59,717 nt of DNA, filler included, from Sluysia triapertura (GCA_046118255.1; 5 parts of 5 records of this genome joined end to end with filler, not necessarily neighbours in it), one strand, 5' to 3'. Positions 35,708 through 50,103 are shown, counted from the first letter of the whole stretch. Notes: generated by a model from the sequence alone, not told the origin. Made by a program: numbers and translations.

Positions 35708-38700
35708 AGAAATTAAAACTGTAAAATTTAGTATATTAGTGTTTTACTTTTAGACTTAATATTATAAAGCTGGAATTTCAAAAAATATTGTTACGTCTTT
35801 TGAGTTTATGCATGAAATATAATATTTTTAATTAACCATTATTGATAAATTGTTAAGTTTAAATATCCAAAAATAAATCATGTAAGAATAAAGTGCAAAA
35901 ACATGAAAATATTACTATCAAAAGACAACATTTAAGAATACATTTAATATTTAAATTATAAATCATGCGAAAAATTAAGAATTAATTTTGTTGAGACTAA
36001 TTATCGATTGAGAGAGTGGTTCTGTATCTGTTATCAGTTTACTTATTAAGTTTTACAATATCTTAAGTTCTGCTTCGTTTTATATTTTCTTTAGCTATTT
36101 TCTTCAATGTTTACAACTTTGATAATATCCAGTGTAGTGTAGTACAGCTGTTATAATGTTGCTGTCATGTATGATGCTCATCTATCAAGTTAGTTAAAAT
36201 CAAATATATAAGTAAAGGCTGACTATTCTCAATATAAAAAATTTAGTAATTAGACTTATGTGACCTTATGTCATTTAATGTCTGCAAATTGGAAAACTGT
36301 TACATATTTTTAAATATATTAGATGGTATATCAATCCCAAATAATATATATTCGAAGTTAATCCATTATACAAATTTTTGTTAGTTAATCAAAAAACAAT
36401 TTAAGTAAGTAAACTAAAGTAAAAGCATGTAACGCATGTTATTTTAATGTCAAAATGACAAATGGTGACGCAAACAAATATTGCGATGTTGCGGAATATA
36501 TATGTAATTCTAATTCTAATATGATAAATCTAATTCTTTGAAAGGTTTAGAAAATTTTGCAGTTTGTGGTTACGTACCAAGCTAGGAATTTTGTAATTTA
36601 AATTACTATAAAATCTCGGCTCTTCACCATTAAATTTATTTTAAATAGTTTTTGATTTGAAAATTACTGCCAGTTTAAAGCCTGACGAAAGGTTATCAGA
36701 TTTTGAAGCGATAATTAGCCCTAAAAACAAGAAACAATGAAGAAAAATATTAATTTCATAACAATCATAATAACAATTAATGCAAACACTAAAACCTTTA
36801 AAATTTATGACGAAATCATTATAAAAATAAACATAAGAAATTCTCGATTTTGATCGTTGTTCTTTAACAGTCTAAAATATAAAAGGTTCTGTTCTTGGTG
36901 ACATCTAGTAGTCCTATTGCCCAACTGTGGATCAGGAAATGAATGAGATACAAAAAGAAATATAAAAGGAAGGGAGAACTGATGCAAAGTGATGGATTGA
37001 ACATTATAAACATTGTTGGAATAATGTAAAGGTGTAAATATTTTAGGTTTATTTTTTATGCTTACAAAAATTGTAAAAACTATAAATATTATAAAAATTA
37101 TTAAAATTTATATTGTTTAAAAAATTATTAGTTTGATTATATTAAAATTTAAATTATTATTATCATAAATCAAAAAACACTACAAAAGAAACATCTAGAA
37201 ATAATTTTGTTTGACTAAAATAAAAACTTTAAAATGTCTTTATGACTATATAAAGACAAACAAAGAAAATTCAATTCACAATTAAAAATTACAAATAAAG
37301 AAAGTCGCCATTATTCAAAACAAAGATCATTATAAATCAGAAGATTCCATTTTGGTTATAGCGTGAATTCATCATCAGTTTGTGGTATATTCCATCTTCA
37401 ATCCAATTTATACATTATCGCTTAAATTCCACGTATACGATTAGAGGGATAGCGATCTCCACACGTCAACATCACCACAGATCAAGTCAATTTCCAACAA
37501 ATTACTTCCAGCAGCCCAGCTCCGATTTTTATTATTGATTAATCCGTAAGTTAATTTTATATAGCTGAACATTCACTAATTGAGTTAAAATTTAAACGTA
37601 AAATACTATTTTTCAAGGTTGGTCATTAAAGCCAATCATAAAATCACACTAAAATATAAAATCTCAGACCTTTAGTTGGCCCTTAAGGTCAATTATAAAA
37701 TTGATATCGTAGGGTAGAGTCTTTCGGCTAGACCCTTATTATAATTAAAATATTATTTTTATCATAATTTTTGTATTATTTTATATTATTTTACATTATT
37801 TAATAGTCTTAATTGCTTATCATATTAATTTGTATCAATTGCATTTTATTTTTGTATAATAAAAGTTATTAAAAAATTTGTAAATTTGTGAGTTGTCTTC
37901 TAATGTATACGTATAGCTAATTTAGATTCCATAGCCTTTTAATTTGGTAGTTATTCGTAATTAATATAATAACTATAAAATTTTACGGTCATTATATTAG
38001 GATTTGGAGACGTAAAGATATTACCATTGTACGATTAATTTTGATAATTGTTTTCACGTAATTTTACAGGTACACCATTAGTAAGTCGTGTACTGTAAAC
38101 TGACTCATAATAATTAATTATTTTGCTGTAGGTTAGGTTTTATAGATTAAAAAACTCCCAGCAGTTTAATCCGTCGACAATTATAATTCATAATCTTAAC
38201 ATTTTGTTTTTGTTTTCTTTTAAAGTATGCACGTTTCAACTTATTTCTTTCTTAATTTCATATTTTAAGCTCTTTCTTTGAAACTTTCAAGTGCTGGGGT
38301 TTTTCTAACACTTAACATACGCCAAAATATTTTTGAGCAGGGTACGGTCACAGTAAAAGTTTTATGTTGTAAATATGGCGATCCTGTAACTACATAAGCA
38401 AATGAGGGTCTTATTAAATGCTCGATTAATTACATAATTAAATGTTTCAAAAAAATTTATTTAAGTAAAAATTCTAATTCTAATGAAATAATAAAATTGT
38501 ACAAATAATCATTTTAAAGTGTGATTCAATAAAGATAATATGAAATTAAAATTTATAAACATCAAACCTCTCTATAATAGTTAAAAGAATCATTTTAAAA
38601 ATAAGAATCAATAACAATAATATAAAATCAAACTTTAAAAGCATAAAACTCGATCAAAATTATCTTTAAAATATGATTTAGAATATTGATACATAAGATA

Positions 38701-40199
38701 CATTATATTAAATTAAGATTAAATAGAATTTGTATGTAGTCAAAAATTAACAACCTTATTCTCGATCAAAATAAACTTAAATTACGATTCAGATAAAATT
38801 ATGACTAAAAATAATTTATTATATGATAATAATTTATTATATGGATTATCGAATACCTAATTATACTGGTGATTTTATACATAATAATTTAATTAATAAT
38901 TTTTTATTATAATTTTTATGATAATTTCGTGATTAAATAGACAATAATTTTATGACTGGAAATAATTAATAACTATTATGGTTATGTGAATAATTATTCT
39001 ATAATGAAAAACATATAAATACCAAACATAATTTCAACTAGTAATTACAAAAAATCTTTTAAAAGACATTAAAATATCTTTGATTTCCAAGGACGTTGAT
39101 AATTTTGAAGATATTATCGAACAATTGTAAAGATGCTTATTTCAAGAATATATTATTAACTTACAACTACGACGCTGATAATTTTGAGAAAATATTGGAA
39201 TATTTTCTTATTATTGATAATTCGATGGACATTGAGATCTAGTTATATTGTGGCAATACGTGGTAAGAATTATTTCCAGTTTAAAATTAATTTTATCTTT
39301 TATATAAATATTAATTAAAATAAAATAAAAATTTTTGTATTATTAATTACGTCAATTTTATTCATTTACAGTTAATTTAATAATTAATTATTGTAGTTTC
39401 TTTTTCTTATATTCTTTATAGTATATAGTAGGGAAAGGGTTGATATTAGAGCTGTATTAAGTACTTTTACAAAAGAATATAATTATCATAGCTCAAAATA
39501 AAATTTAATAGAGATTACAATTAGATAAATATTATAAAGTTAAAATAAAAGAATAAAACGTTTTAAAGGTTCTTATAAAGTGTTTTAAAGAGTTTAAAGT
39601 TGAATTAAAATCGGATAATTTGAGTTTTGTAGAATAAAATAAAGTTTCTCTGAATAATATTAAAGCATATACAAAAATCCAAATAAATATACTTTTTAAA
39701 ACTTTTATTGAGCACTTCTATCTCGAATAACTGAGACGAGTATCCGAATTCACATTATATATATAAACAATATAAACAATATATAAACAATATATATTAA
39801 CATAATAGACAATGTATAGATTTTAAAGTAATAATATAAAGTGAAAACATTAAATATGTTTAGATTATTACCAAAGATTAAGAGTTCATACATGCATACA
39901 CAAATTTTATAAAGAATCACAACAATAATTAATTTTTACATTGGGGATAATTAATGAGGATACCCGGTGAATATAGATATTTTTAAGTTCATATAAGTTT
40001 GATAAATTATTATTAGACGATTTTGAAGTAAAAAGTTTTATATAATAGACTTTTTTGATAAGTAAATAAACTAAATAAGCATTTTAACTAAAGTTTTATA
40101 TATTGTTTATATAACCTTTTATACTTTTGGTTATACCATTTTATTGAGATTTTAGACAAACGTGACTACAAGACAAGGTAGATTTGAACAAAGAAGATA

Positions 40200-40830
40200 T
40201 AGAAGAAAATATAACAGACAACAATAAAATGAAGAAAAATTTCATTACTAAAGCATAAATGACAGAATTGATAACTGTCATGAACCGCCCTTTACTTAAT
40301 CAAAGTTTGAAAATAGAAAAATTTTCTGGAGATCAAAATAAATTATTGGATTTCATAGCTGAATATAATGAAGATAGGATGGACCACGAAAGAAAATTGC
40401 ATTTGATTGCATCTGATTTAGATGTAATTACCATTAATGAAGATTTTGTCGAGAATGTAGATATAGCTGATAGTGAAATAAGTGAAATATGTTCAGTAGA
40501 AAATGAAGAAAATCAAGAACCATCTGATGGTATATTAAGCATGATAACATTAGAAGATATAGATGAGTTACAAGAAGAATTAATAATGTTAGAACAAAGG
40601 CATGATAAAGAAATTAAAAACATTCTTAATGCCATAAGAAATGACAATCTTCCCTAATAATCAAATCCAAGATAACATTTTAAAATATAAAATGAATAAC
40701 AAATTTGTACTTGTAAACACAATCCAGAAAAAAGTTATATTAACAAATTATCATCATGGACAGTTCGGAAGTCATCTGTCCGTTAATAGAACTATAGAGA
40801 GAATCACAATAAAGTATAATTTGGTCTTTA
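40200..40830 (+). mobile_element. Internally deleted Gypsy element (gag N-terminus plus integrase zinc-finger remnant)
   Basis: LKIEKFSGDQNKLLDFIAEY; ILTNYHHGQFGSHLSVNRTIERITIKY. Confidence 0.65.
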
Positions 40831-41115
40831 TTAATCAACTTCTGGAATGGAATAGTAAAAATCAAAGTGAATACGAAAATAACCAAGTAAATGACGATTA
40901 TCAATTGATAGCACGAAGCAAAACCTCCATGCCGACTATGTCAATAAATGATCCTTTAAAACACTTATTCATGATCTCATAACGTCTAAATTACACTACA
41001 TCTCAAACTATCAAATTTAAATCTTAAATTCAATCCAAAACATTACAAGCTTACAATCTTTTAACATTCAGCTTCTAAGACAATTGTAGTAAGCTAAGAA
41101 ATTTAATTATCTTGA

Positions 41116-41492
41116 GAAAGATCATGTAATGTGGAAAGAGATTTATGTTTTTGAATTAATTTATTATTATTATTTTATTTTATTCCTATTTAATTTATAT
41201 TATTATTACTCATTATTATCATTTTAGTAACTATAATCATTATTCTTTGTACTAATTATCAGTATTTCATTTAGTATAATTACAATCTGTTATACTACAT
41301 TATCAACTGCCAACTAACGACAGTTGATTGATTATCTGTTTAAATCTCCAATTCTAGCTCGACTGGACGTTCAACTATTACTGTATTCGTGTGTAACAAA
41401 CTCTTGTGTTACAGATTTGTCACTTCATTTATTAATTCCAGACCAATGTTAGTTATTTGGTAGAAATAGCAAGTGTGTCAGTTATATTTGGA
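41116..41492. repeat. Probable third, inverted copy of the hairpin leader
   Basis: GAAAGATCATGT (reverse complement of 9087-9098), hairpin ATCAACTG/CAGTTGAT 41302-41328, and A-like TCCAGACCA...TTGGA 41437-41492. Confidence 0.5.
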
Positions 41493-41699
41493 CAAGAATG
41501 GAGCAACACACGTAAAAATGAAAAATTAATTTTGATTTAATAATAGAAATTAGTATATCAATTTTAGTAAATAAGAAAATTGGTAAATTAACAAAAGCAA
41601 CTAACCTGTAACAATTTATATTTAAAAATTTTAATATTATGAAAATTTTATATTAGTTATAAAATTTTACAAACTAAATTACCCGGGATATTAGTGTAT

Positions 41700-42623
41700 A
41701 TTTCACATTTAAAATATTCAAAGCTGGCCCAAGTTCAACAAAGTGCTGTTCTGTTATTACTAAAACTTAAAAATGATATTAATCTGTCTAAAACCAGCAA
41801 GAAATAAAATTTCCCTTACGGTATTCCATTTATTCAACAATATATGTAGTCAACACTCAACGATTAATATATGTAATGATTTCGATTCCCACAGTTGAAT
41901 TAGCTATACGAAAGTACTTTCAGTTAATAATAATGAACAAAAGATTAAATCTGAAATTAATGCGTTCATCTAGTGATATAATATGATCGATAAATTAACT
42001 GAGCTTGATATTTTAGATGTCCACATTGTAGCAGAAACTCCGTGTCGAATTTTGATGATGCTCTATCATACGAATCAAATTAAAGAAATATTTTATCATA
42101 TGCAACATTTAATAATTGTGAAGACGGATGAAATGATGTTGAAAAAACGGAAAGAGTTTTATACTTATTACCATCAAAATTAAGTTATAAAATAAAACAG
42201 AGAAATAAAAAGATATCCGAAAGAATACAAATTCACTCTACAACACGTTTTGGTGAAGTTGAAAAGAAATTTAGGATTTCGTGTTATAATTTGGAACTGC
42301 ATGTTTGGACGATGTCGAACCATACTAAAAATAAAGTTAATTTAAAAATAATATTCGAAGCATTGATGAAACATGCATGTTTATACTTTTAGTTGCCAAC
42401 CACAATGTTATAAAAATTACGGATTCTTATTACTTCAGAACTAAATGATTTGCAAGCGATATTAGATTAGTTTTTGTGCCTGTTCTTGTAATTCCTGAAA
42501 TAGAAAAGTCTCAATTAAGTCCGGTTAATTCTACATCCCAAGTTGGCTGTTAATCAATTTAAAATACATCCAGACGATTGCGTAACTCTATAATCTGATG
42601 AACCAACATCAAATGATGTAAAA
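41700..42623 (+). pseudogene. Decayed orphan ORF downstream of leader copy 3
   Basis: Long frame with sparse stops (ERVLYLLPSKLSYK...FRISCYNLELHVWTMSN...ITSELNDLQAIL); ends at a GTAATT donor-like site. Confidence 0.4.
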
Positions 42624-44679
42624 GTAATTATAACTTATTATTTAACTGATGAATTAATTTTATGTATTTATTTATTTAGTAACATTAGGTCAACAAATCT
42701 ATGGCATATTCGAAAAATCTTTAACATCAACTTTGAAAATTTTAGACTATATTTTTAATAAAAATAGATCATCATATTGTTTATCTTTTTTTAAGGAATC
42801 TAAATTATATTACTTAATTAAAGCTAACCTTTTAAATTAACCTTTTATGTGTTAATTTAAATATTAATTAGTTTTCTTAAACTCTTAATTTCCATTTTTA
42901 ATTCGTGGTTTAGTTCTTATAACTTCTATTCTTCCTGGAAATTGAAATATTTCTTAATTAGTTAATCCCAATTAATGACCTTTTATTATTATATAACTTT
43001 TATGCTTAAGTTTATTAGCTATTTACTTCTTAAACTAGTTAATCTTTTATAGTTTAATGATTCTATGTAAACTTTCTTTAATTACAATTCTTTACTTTAA
43101 TTTAGTTTCTTTAACGCTTAATAATTAGAAACTTTTCTTTTAATTATAACTCCTTATTCAATTATCCTTAAGTAATTTTCCAGTTTTTTAAGAAATAACA
43201 AAATAAAATACCAACGTCAGAAAGTATATTATATAAAACGTCAAAAAACGAATATAAAATGCTTATTGTACAATAGTAACAAATTCAATTAATCCTCAAC
43301 CAAAATTTTAATAAAACAATCGTAGATTATCATTATAAATATCTTCAGTGTAATTTTATAAAACTTTTTAAAAAGTATATTTTATCTAGCCAAAACTAGA
43401 TAATAGGTTAGTGATTTTGTGTATTGTCTCAATAACAGAGATAGATCTTAACGCAAATAAACTTCCAAAAATTCTCGCAAACAAATTTGTAAAGTCAATA
43501 ATTTCTTTAATCGATGTAGTCATAATAATATTCCGGATACAATCTTTTCCAAATATAAGTAATGCTTTTAAAAGTAATCTCCAATTAGCATTAAGAATCC
43601 TTAATCACGTAAAACCAAAACAATGATTGTGAAATTAATCTTCTCCAATTAGTAATCACTTAAAACTAGGAAATTCTTCAGCAATGTATACAAAATATTT
43701 AAAAGAATATATGTTAAAATTGTAAGCTTTTTAGATATACAGATGTTCAATCATTAAGTAATTATTAAATAATTATTAATTATTAAATAATTATAATATT
43801 TAAATTATTAAATAAATGCATTTATTAAATAATTGTGTTTTAGATATCCAGATATCTAAGGAATTATATTCGATTAGTTATATTCTGAGAATTAACACAT
43901 TTATTTTTATTTTCAGATTTAACTGACAGTTGCTATTACTATTATTATTAAAATATTTATTTATTTATTATTATTATTTTCAAGTGTTGTCCTTGACTTA
44001 TTGGTTTCACAAATTATTATTGTTCATTATTATCATTATTATCATCAGATAATAATTATTATCATAATACAGAAAGATAATAAAAATATTTTAATTTGAT
44101 TTTAAAAATAGTAAATTTCCAGAATGTTCTGGAAATGAAAATAAAAATTATATTCATATTACTGACAATAATAAAATTAGTACAAAGTAATAGTAATATC
44201 TGGCTTAATAAAACTGATATAAAGTAAAGATATTTTTAAGGTTTTAAGAAGGTTTAAAGATTGCTATGATTAAGACATTTAAATTATGGTTTTGAATGAA
44301 TTAATAGATATTTAAAATTTGTAGGCATTGTGGCGGGCAACCTTATTCCTCAAAATTTTAAATACAACACATCACACTAAAAATAACAATTTCATAACAT
44401 TTAAATCATTCATTTCATCAAAAATCATTAAAATTGTAATTTAAATTTAAACAATAATAATTTAAATGGAATCTCCAATTACATTAATTTCGTTTTATAT
44501 TCTTTTATTTACCATACATGTATTTCTTTCAACATTCAATATTGTAACATCTTCAGCTTCATTAACTTCCAATTATACTTCATATTTCTTTTACATATAT
44601 TCTAAAGAAAAGAATAAAGAATTTTTTTAAAGAAAGATAAATAAAAGAAAAGAAGAAATATGTATAAGAATTTATGCAA

Positions 44680-44825
44680 NNNNNNNNNNNNNNNNNNNNN
44701 NNNNNNNNNNNNNNNNNNNNNNNNNNNNNNNNNNNNNNNNNNNNNNNNNNNNNNNNNNNNNNNNNNNNNNNNNNNNNNNNNNNNNNNNNNNNNNNNNNNN
44801 NNNNNNNNNNNNNNNNNNNNNNNNN
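44680..44825. other. Assembly gap (146 N)
   Basis: N run without linker. Confidence 0.98.
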
Positions 44826-45185
44826 ATTTTCATTATCAATATCGCGTAATTATTTTTATCATTTTTATAATTAAATTCAGTCAAACTACTCTCAATAATT
44901 AAATCTTTTCAAAGCAACTTCATTAAAATAACTTAATTGACTATTGACACATAGTTTGGCTAACGAATGAAAAATTGAATTATTAGTGTTGACTGCAACA
45001 CAATTATTTATTTAGTCAGAAATACAATTTTTTATGTTGAGTTAATGAACTAGTTACGAGGATAAAAACTTTAATTTTACCAGGAATAATACATAACCTT
45101 ATTAGTAAAATTTTAGTTAAAAAATTATCAATCCGCTAATTAAAAAAGTATTAACTAAATTTATGATCACTATAATAGCCAAACT

Positions 45186-45982
45186 TTGATGTTCCAAATG
45201 TCTTATGGAAAATTTAGAAGTTTAAACAGTTTCTATGACGATTATGATAATGATGACTATGATTATGAAGATTATTATAACGATGATGATGATCATCAAA
45301 CTCATTCGTACTCAGACTACAGTACTCTTGATGATTTATCAAATCACAGTAGATTTAGAAAGCATTATAATGATCAATTAGAAAAACATATAACTAGTAT
45401 TAAAAGCAACTATACAGAATTTCATGAGACTATTCGAATTTTGAAAGTTATGAAGTATTCCTTTCAATTATTTTACAAAATGCTGTCGAAGATATAGATG
45501 CGTTAAGCGAAACAAATAAACATGTTGAACTAAGAAATAAGCGTCGTGCAATGAAGCAAGATTTACAATTTTCGTTAACCTGGCATATTTCGTTACCATC
45601 AACTAACTCTGATATTTATAAAGCAAAGATGTTACCAGATGTCTCCAGTCTCAATAACACGTCACGCACTAACCAGTCAATTTTTAATGTAACGCAATCA
45701 TCTAATGCTTCGATCAGACTAATTAGACCGTGTAATGTAAAGTACCATATAATACAAGACTATAATAAATCACGTTTCTCCAAATCAGCATTACGTCTAT
45801 ATGCAATTTCAATAATAGGGGAATGCATCAATAATGGAAAAACCTTTCTATATTCACGTGGATTAAACGATTTGGTTTCAATTCCTTGAGTGTGTGCAAT
45901 TAGTCTTCCTCAGTCACAGTTAAAAGAAAACGAATTCGATGTAACATCTCAGCAGTACTGTTACAACAAAAACTTTTATAAA
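45186..45982 (+). pseudogene. Decayed orphan ORF, probable paralog of ORF-X
   Basis: 45186-45497 frameshifts into 45551-45889, then TGA, then continues. EFHETIRILK and PCNVKYHIIQDY...LRLYAI compare with ORF-X EYHEALETFK and PCILVKVRDY...VELYAM. Confidence 0.5.
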
Positions 45983-46759
45983 GTAATTTTAATACTATTA
46001 AATATTTATTACTTTTTGTTCGACATGATCATAATTTTGTATTCTTTGTTTATTCAAGTACGAATAAACATTCTTGGCCATCAACTTTTCATGTTATTAA
46101 GCAAATTTTTAATATTATATTTTTCGTTTACATTAATAAACAATTTAGATGTTTTTTTGTTTAGTTTCAAATAAATTAAATTAATTTAATAATAATTAAA
46201 GTTTTAAAAAATAAAATTAATCATAATACCTCAAACAAACAGTATCAAGGTAATATAAACCTTCATAAATGGCGTTTGGTTAATTGATGAAACTTGTAGT
46301 ATTGGCTCATTAACCATGGTTGTCAAATGACGACTTTACAGTTTATATATTTTTATTGCAATATATTTTTAATAATGAAATTTCCTAGCACAATCATTGC
46401 ATTGGTATGTGTTGCGTATACAAAAATGTTTTTATAAGATTTGATCTTGTACGTAAAATGATACACCAAGATAACGAAATGCATGTCATGAGTTTTAAAT
46501 TTTGAAAAATTTGATCCTTAATGGGTTAAATAGAATTTATCCAAAATTAAATTCATTATTAAGCCCATTTCTATTAAATATAGTGTAACATAATAATCAA
46601 TGTAATGTGTTTTAACTTTTAATTAAACTTAATTAATTTAAGATTTAAATATATAACATAATAAATTGTAACATATTATAATAATTAATATATTTTAACT
46701 ATTAATAATTAAGAATATTTCAGAAGAAGCAATTAATATTATTGCTAATATTGCTAATA

Positions 46760-46760
<1 letters not shown>

Positions 46761-46811
<51 letters not shown>
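46761..46811. repeat. (ATT)n microsatellite
   Basis: ATT run. Confidence 0.9.
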
Positions 46812-47367
46812 GAGCCATGTTTTTTATTCAACTATGTTAGAAATATTACTCAATAAAAGTTATTGTTTGAACCATGTTTATATTAGAATTATTAAAATTA
46901 TTATAATTATAATCGTTCAATCAAAGTTATTATTATTCAAATAATTATCGTAAATTAATATAAAAGGAGTTCATCATAAACATTAACTCACACAAGACAA
47001 GAGGAGAATTTTTGATAAAAACGAATTTCAACGAAGAGATCAAATTTCTATTCATTCATTGTTTCCTGCTATCGAAATTTTATCAATTTATCTTTAATTA
47101 ACTGTATTCTGTCGTTGGAGAAAAAAATCGAAATTCTATTAGTGTTAGTGGTCAATATTAATTGTTTCTTATTATTTCTTTTCTAAACATAATTATATTA
47201 AAATTGTATATGTTAAAATTCTTTTTGTATTGATTTATTTAAATAAACTATTTAATTTCATTGCTTTCATTATTTATTAATTCGAGAGTATGGTCCTAAA
47301 ATAAGCATTTTTATTATAGTCGAATATAGATCAGAGTGTAGTTGTATAACTAGTAATAATACATTAT

Positions 47368-47635
47368 TAAGCGCTTCTATCCTGAACAACAAGGACGGGT
47401 ATATCGAGTTACACCTCCAGTTAAGTTTAATAAAAAGTGATAATATTAATTGAAGTTTAGAATAACTATAAATTTTATAAAGAGATTTGAATTAATAATA
47501 TAGATAAAGGATTTTTTATTAGAATATAAAATAGTATTCAGACATAGTAAGTTTGATAAAGATTTAATAAAATAAAGTCAGAAGGACAACGCATAAGATT
47601 TCAAAAACTTAGGAGAAGACAAAATAGATTTCTAC
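47368..47635 (+). repeat. ~270-nt dispersed repeat (second copy 53480-53720, partial copy at ~39710), possibly LTR-derived
   Basis: Shared TAAGC(G/A)CTTCTATCC(T/A)GAAC(A/G)ACAAG...ACCTCCAGTT...TTTATAAAGAGATTTGA...ATTCAGACATA. Confidence 0.8.
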
Positions 47636-47690
47636 GTTAGCATATATATTTAAATAATAAAAAATTTATTACAATAGTACAATTAATTAC

Positions 47691-47992
47691 TTCATTAATT
47701 CCCCAAAATTCTAATTCACTTTCAAAGTACGATAAACAAGTTTGTGTTGGAGCATGAAGTTTACCTGTACGGTAAAAGTTAATAACTGATTTGAAACAAG
47801 TTGAATCTCTATCAAAAAAAATTGTAGTACCGGATGTATGATCAGTAAAGCAGTCGGCTAATTTAGTGTTGGGTAAATTTGTAATTGTATCGTCAAAGGT
47901 TTCAAATATTTTACCACCAATATTAAATGTTATGATATCTAATTGATCATCGGGTTTATCTTTGTAAGACCACTTTGGAAATGGTGGCTCAG
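47691..47992 (-). CDS. Voltage-gated K+ channel T1/BTB exon, Shaw/Kv3-like (absent from the ORF track)
   Basis: ttttag|...IITFNIGGKIFETFDDTITNLPNTKLA...FFDRDSTCFKSVINFYRTGKLHAPTQTCLSYFESELEFWGINE|gtaatt. Confidence 0.88.
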
Positions 47993-48832
47993 CTAAAATA
48001 TAAGTACATCTAATAAAAATGAAATATATTAGTGTAAAATTTATCTAAAATTAGATTGATTAATGAATTTTATTTTATTTTGATTTATTTTGCGTTTTTT
48101 TGTATTTTTATTACTTATTTTCCTTTTAATTAAAATTTTATTCTTTTGTAGTTTTTTGATTAACTTAAAACTAAACTTCTCTTTTATTTAAATATAAATT
48201 TATTCTGAAAACTTGAGTCTTTACTCGTCTTTGATGTAAGTGCAAAAGTGTATTTATTTGTTTATTTACAATGCTCAAAATCAATTAAATCTAAAATCAG
48301 AGAAACTTTATTTTATAACAAAATTACAAATACAATAAATTTGACTATCGATAAAATAGTTAGAATTAAATAATTTATATTACACTCAATTTTGAGGAAC
48401 AGTTATCTAAAGAAAATTTTTAAAAATAATTTTTAAATATAAGGAATATATTAATTAATGTACTAAAACTTTGTTAAAACTTTCTTCTATATTAATCCTG
48501 TCAAACAAATTAATTTAAATTTATTCTTTATAAAATTTCAATTTAAACTTTATGGAGGTTAGTGTTTTACTCATTTCTGATGTAAGAGATGAAAGTGCTT
48601 GAATTCTCCTTTTATTCTTCAATAAAAATTAACTCTAATTAACTAAAATTTATTTACACCAAAAACGTAAACGAATTACGCACTGAACCACACATAATTA
48701 TTATTACCATAGTTAAACTTTAAATCAGTGATTCCCAAAATTTTCGGTCATACCACCCCCTTTTCAGAATAAATATTACTTAGCGCCCCCAAACAAACCC
48801 ACACCACATTTTTTTAAACTTTTAGTAGCAAT

Positions 48833-48932
48833 NNNNNNNNNNNNNNNNNNNNNNNNNNNNNNNNNNNNNNNNNNNNTTAATTAATTAANNNNNNNNNNNN
48901 NNNNNNNNNNNNNNNNNNNNNNNNNNNNNNNN
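48833..48932. other. Artificial contig-joining linker
   Basis: N44-TTAATTAATTAA-N44. Confidence 0.97.
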
Positions 48933-49010
48933 TATAGTTATCTTGCTGTTTCAATTCATCATAATGTCTCAACTTGATTTTTTAATAATGTTCCACTGAC
49001 ACTGCAGTCT

Positions 49011-49060
49011 TAAGTTTTGACCCTTCTATCAACCCTTATTCTTTACTAATCCCAACAATA
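49011..49060 (+). repeat. Dispersed repeat shared with 10994-11043
   Basis: TAAGTTTTGACCCTT(A/C)TATCAACCCTTAT(C/T)CTT(C/T)ACTAATCC(T/C)AACA near the start of two different contigs. Confidence 0.8.
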
Positions 49061-49878
49061 CGTATACATTATGAATTTATTAGATAAAATATATATGAAT
49101 AGACAATTCGGTGTTGGAATGTTATATTCTTTACAAGATTATACAAAGTTGAATCACTTGAGAAAATCGTTAGGAAAATTTTATTATATGAATTTATGTT
49201 ACCTAAATTTTGAGAGTTTGTCGTAATTTTGTATAAACTTATAATCTTTTAATTTTAATTATTTAGCAGTTTAATACAACACTGAATAAATCATTTTTGA
49301 TTTAAATATGCATTTTTCTAGTAGCATCTTTACTGTTAAAATATAAACCATTCCAAGCACCACGTCCTTTCTGCCTGTCATGCATAATCCACTGTATTTG
49401 CCTTTATATTTGATATTTGTAAAAAAATTTGATTATTTTTGTAACACATTGCTAATTATAAAAAACAATAATAAAACAATTAGTAACATTTTCAAAATGC
49501 CTAAAGGCTTTAACCACATAAACGTATTTGTATGTTTAGAGATGATGTGCATTTCGAATTATGTTAGGATTCAAATTTCTGATGCTGATAGGTTATTATT
49601 TCTGAATAAAAAGGCATAATTTATCTGAATAATTTTATAAGTTATCGTACAAGCCAAAATTACATGTGATTGGTTTAAATATCAAATGATAAATATTTTA
49701 TTTTAAATTAATTGTAAAGCCAAAAAACTGATTTTATAAAAAGTAGTAATAATAAATTTATATGTTATTCTTGTATGTAAGAGATGAAAGTGCAATGCTA
49801 TGTAGACAAATTTGAAATTCAAATTCTCTCTCCTTTATTTTAAAATTAACCGAGGTAAGCTAATTTAAAAATTTGTTT

Positions 49879-50103
49879 ATTAAACACAAAACACTAAGTA
49901 TGAACAATAATTTGAAACAATAAAAATTTCCATTAAACACAAAACACTAAGTATGAACAATAACTTGAAAAAATAAAAATTTCCATTAAACACAAAACAC
50001 TAAGTATGAACAATAACTTGAAACAATAAAAATTTCCATTAAACACAAAACACTAAGTATAAACAATAACTTGAAACAATAAAAATTTCCATTAAACACA
50101 AAA
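49879..50103. repeat. 53-bp minisatellite, ~4.2 copies
   Basis: Unit ATTAAACACAAAACACTAAGTATGAACAATAACTTGAAACAATAAAAATTTCC starts at 49879, 49932, 49985, 50038 and 50091 (partial). Confidence 0.95.

Noticed and set aside
49879-50103. CRISPR-like array
   Set aside because: Units are contiguous and near-identical with no unique spacers; eukaryotic context, no cas genes.
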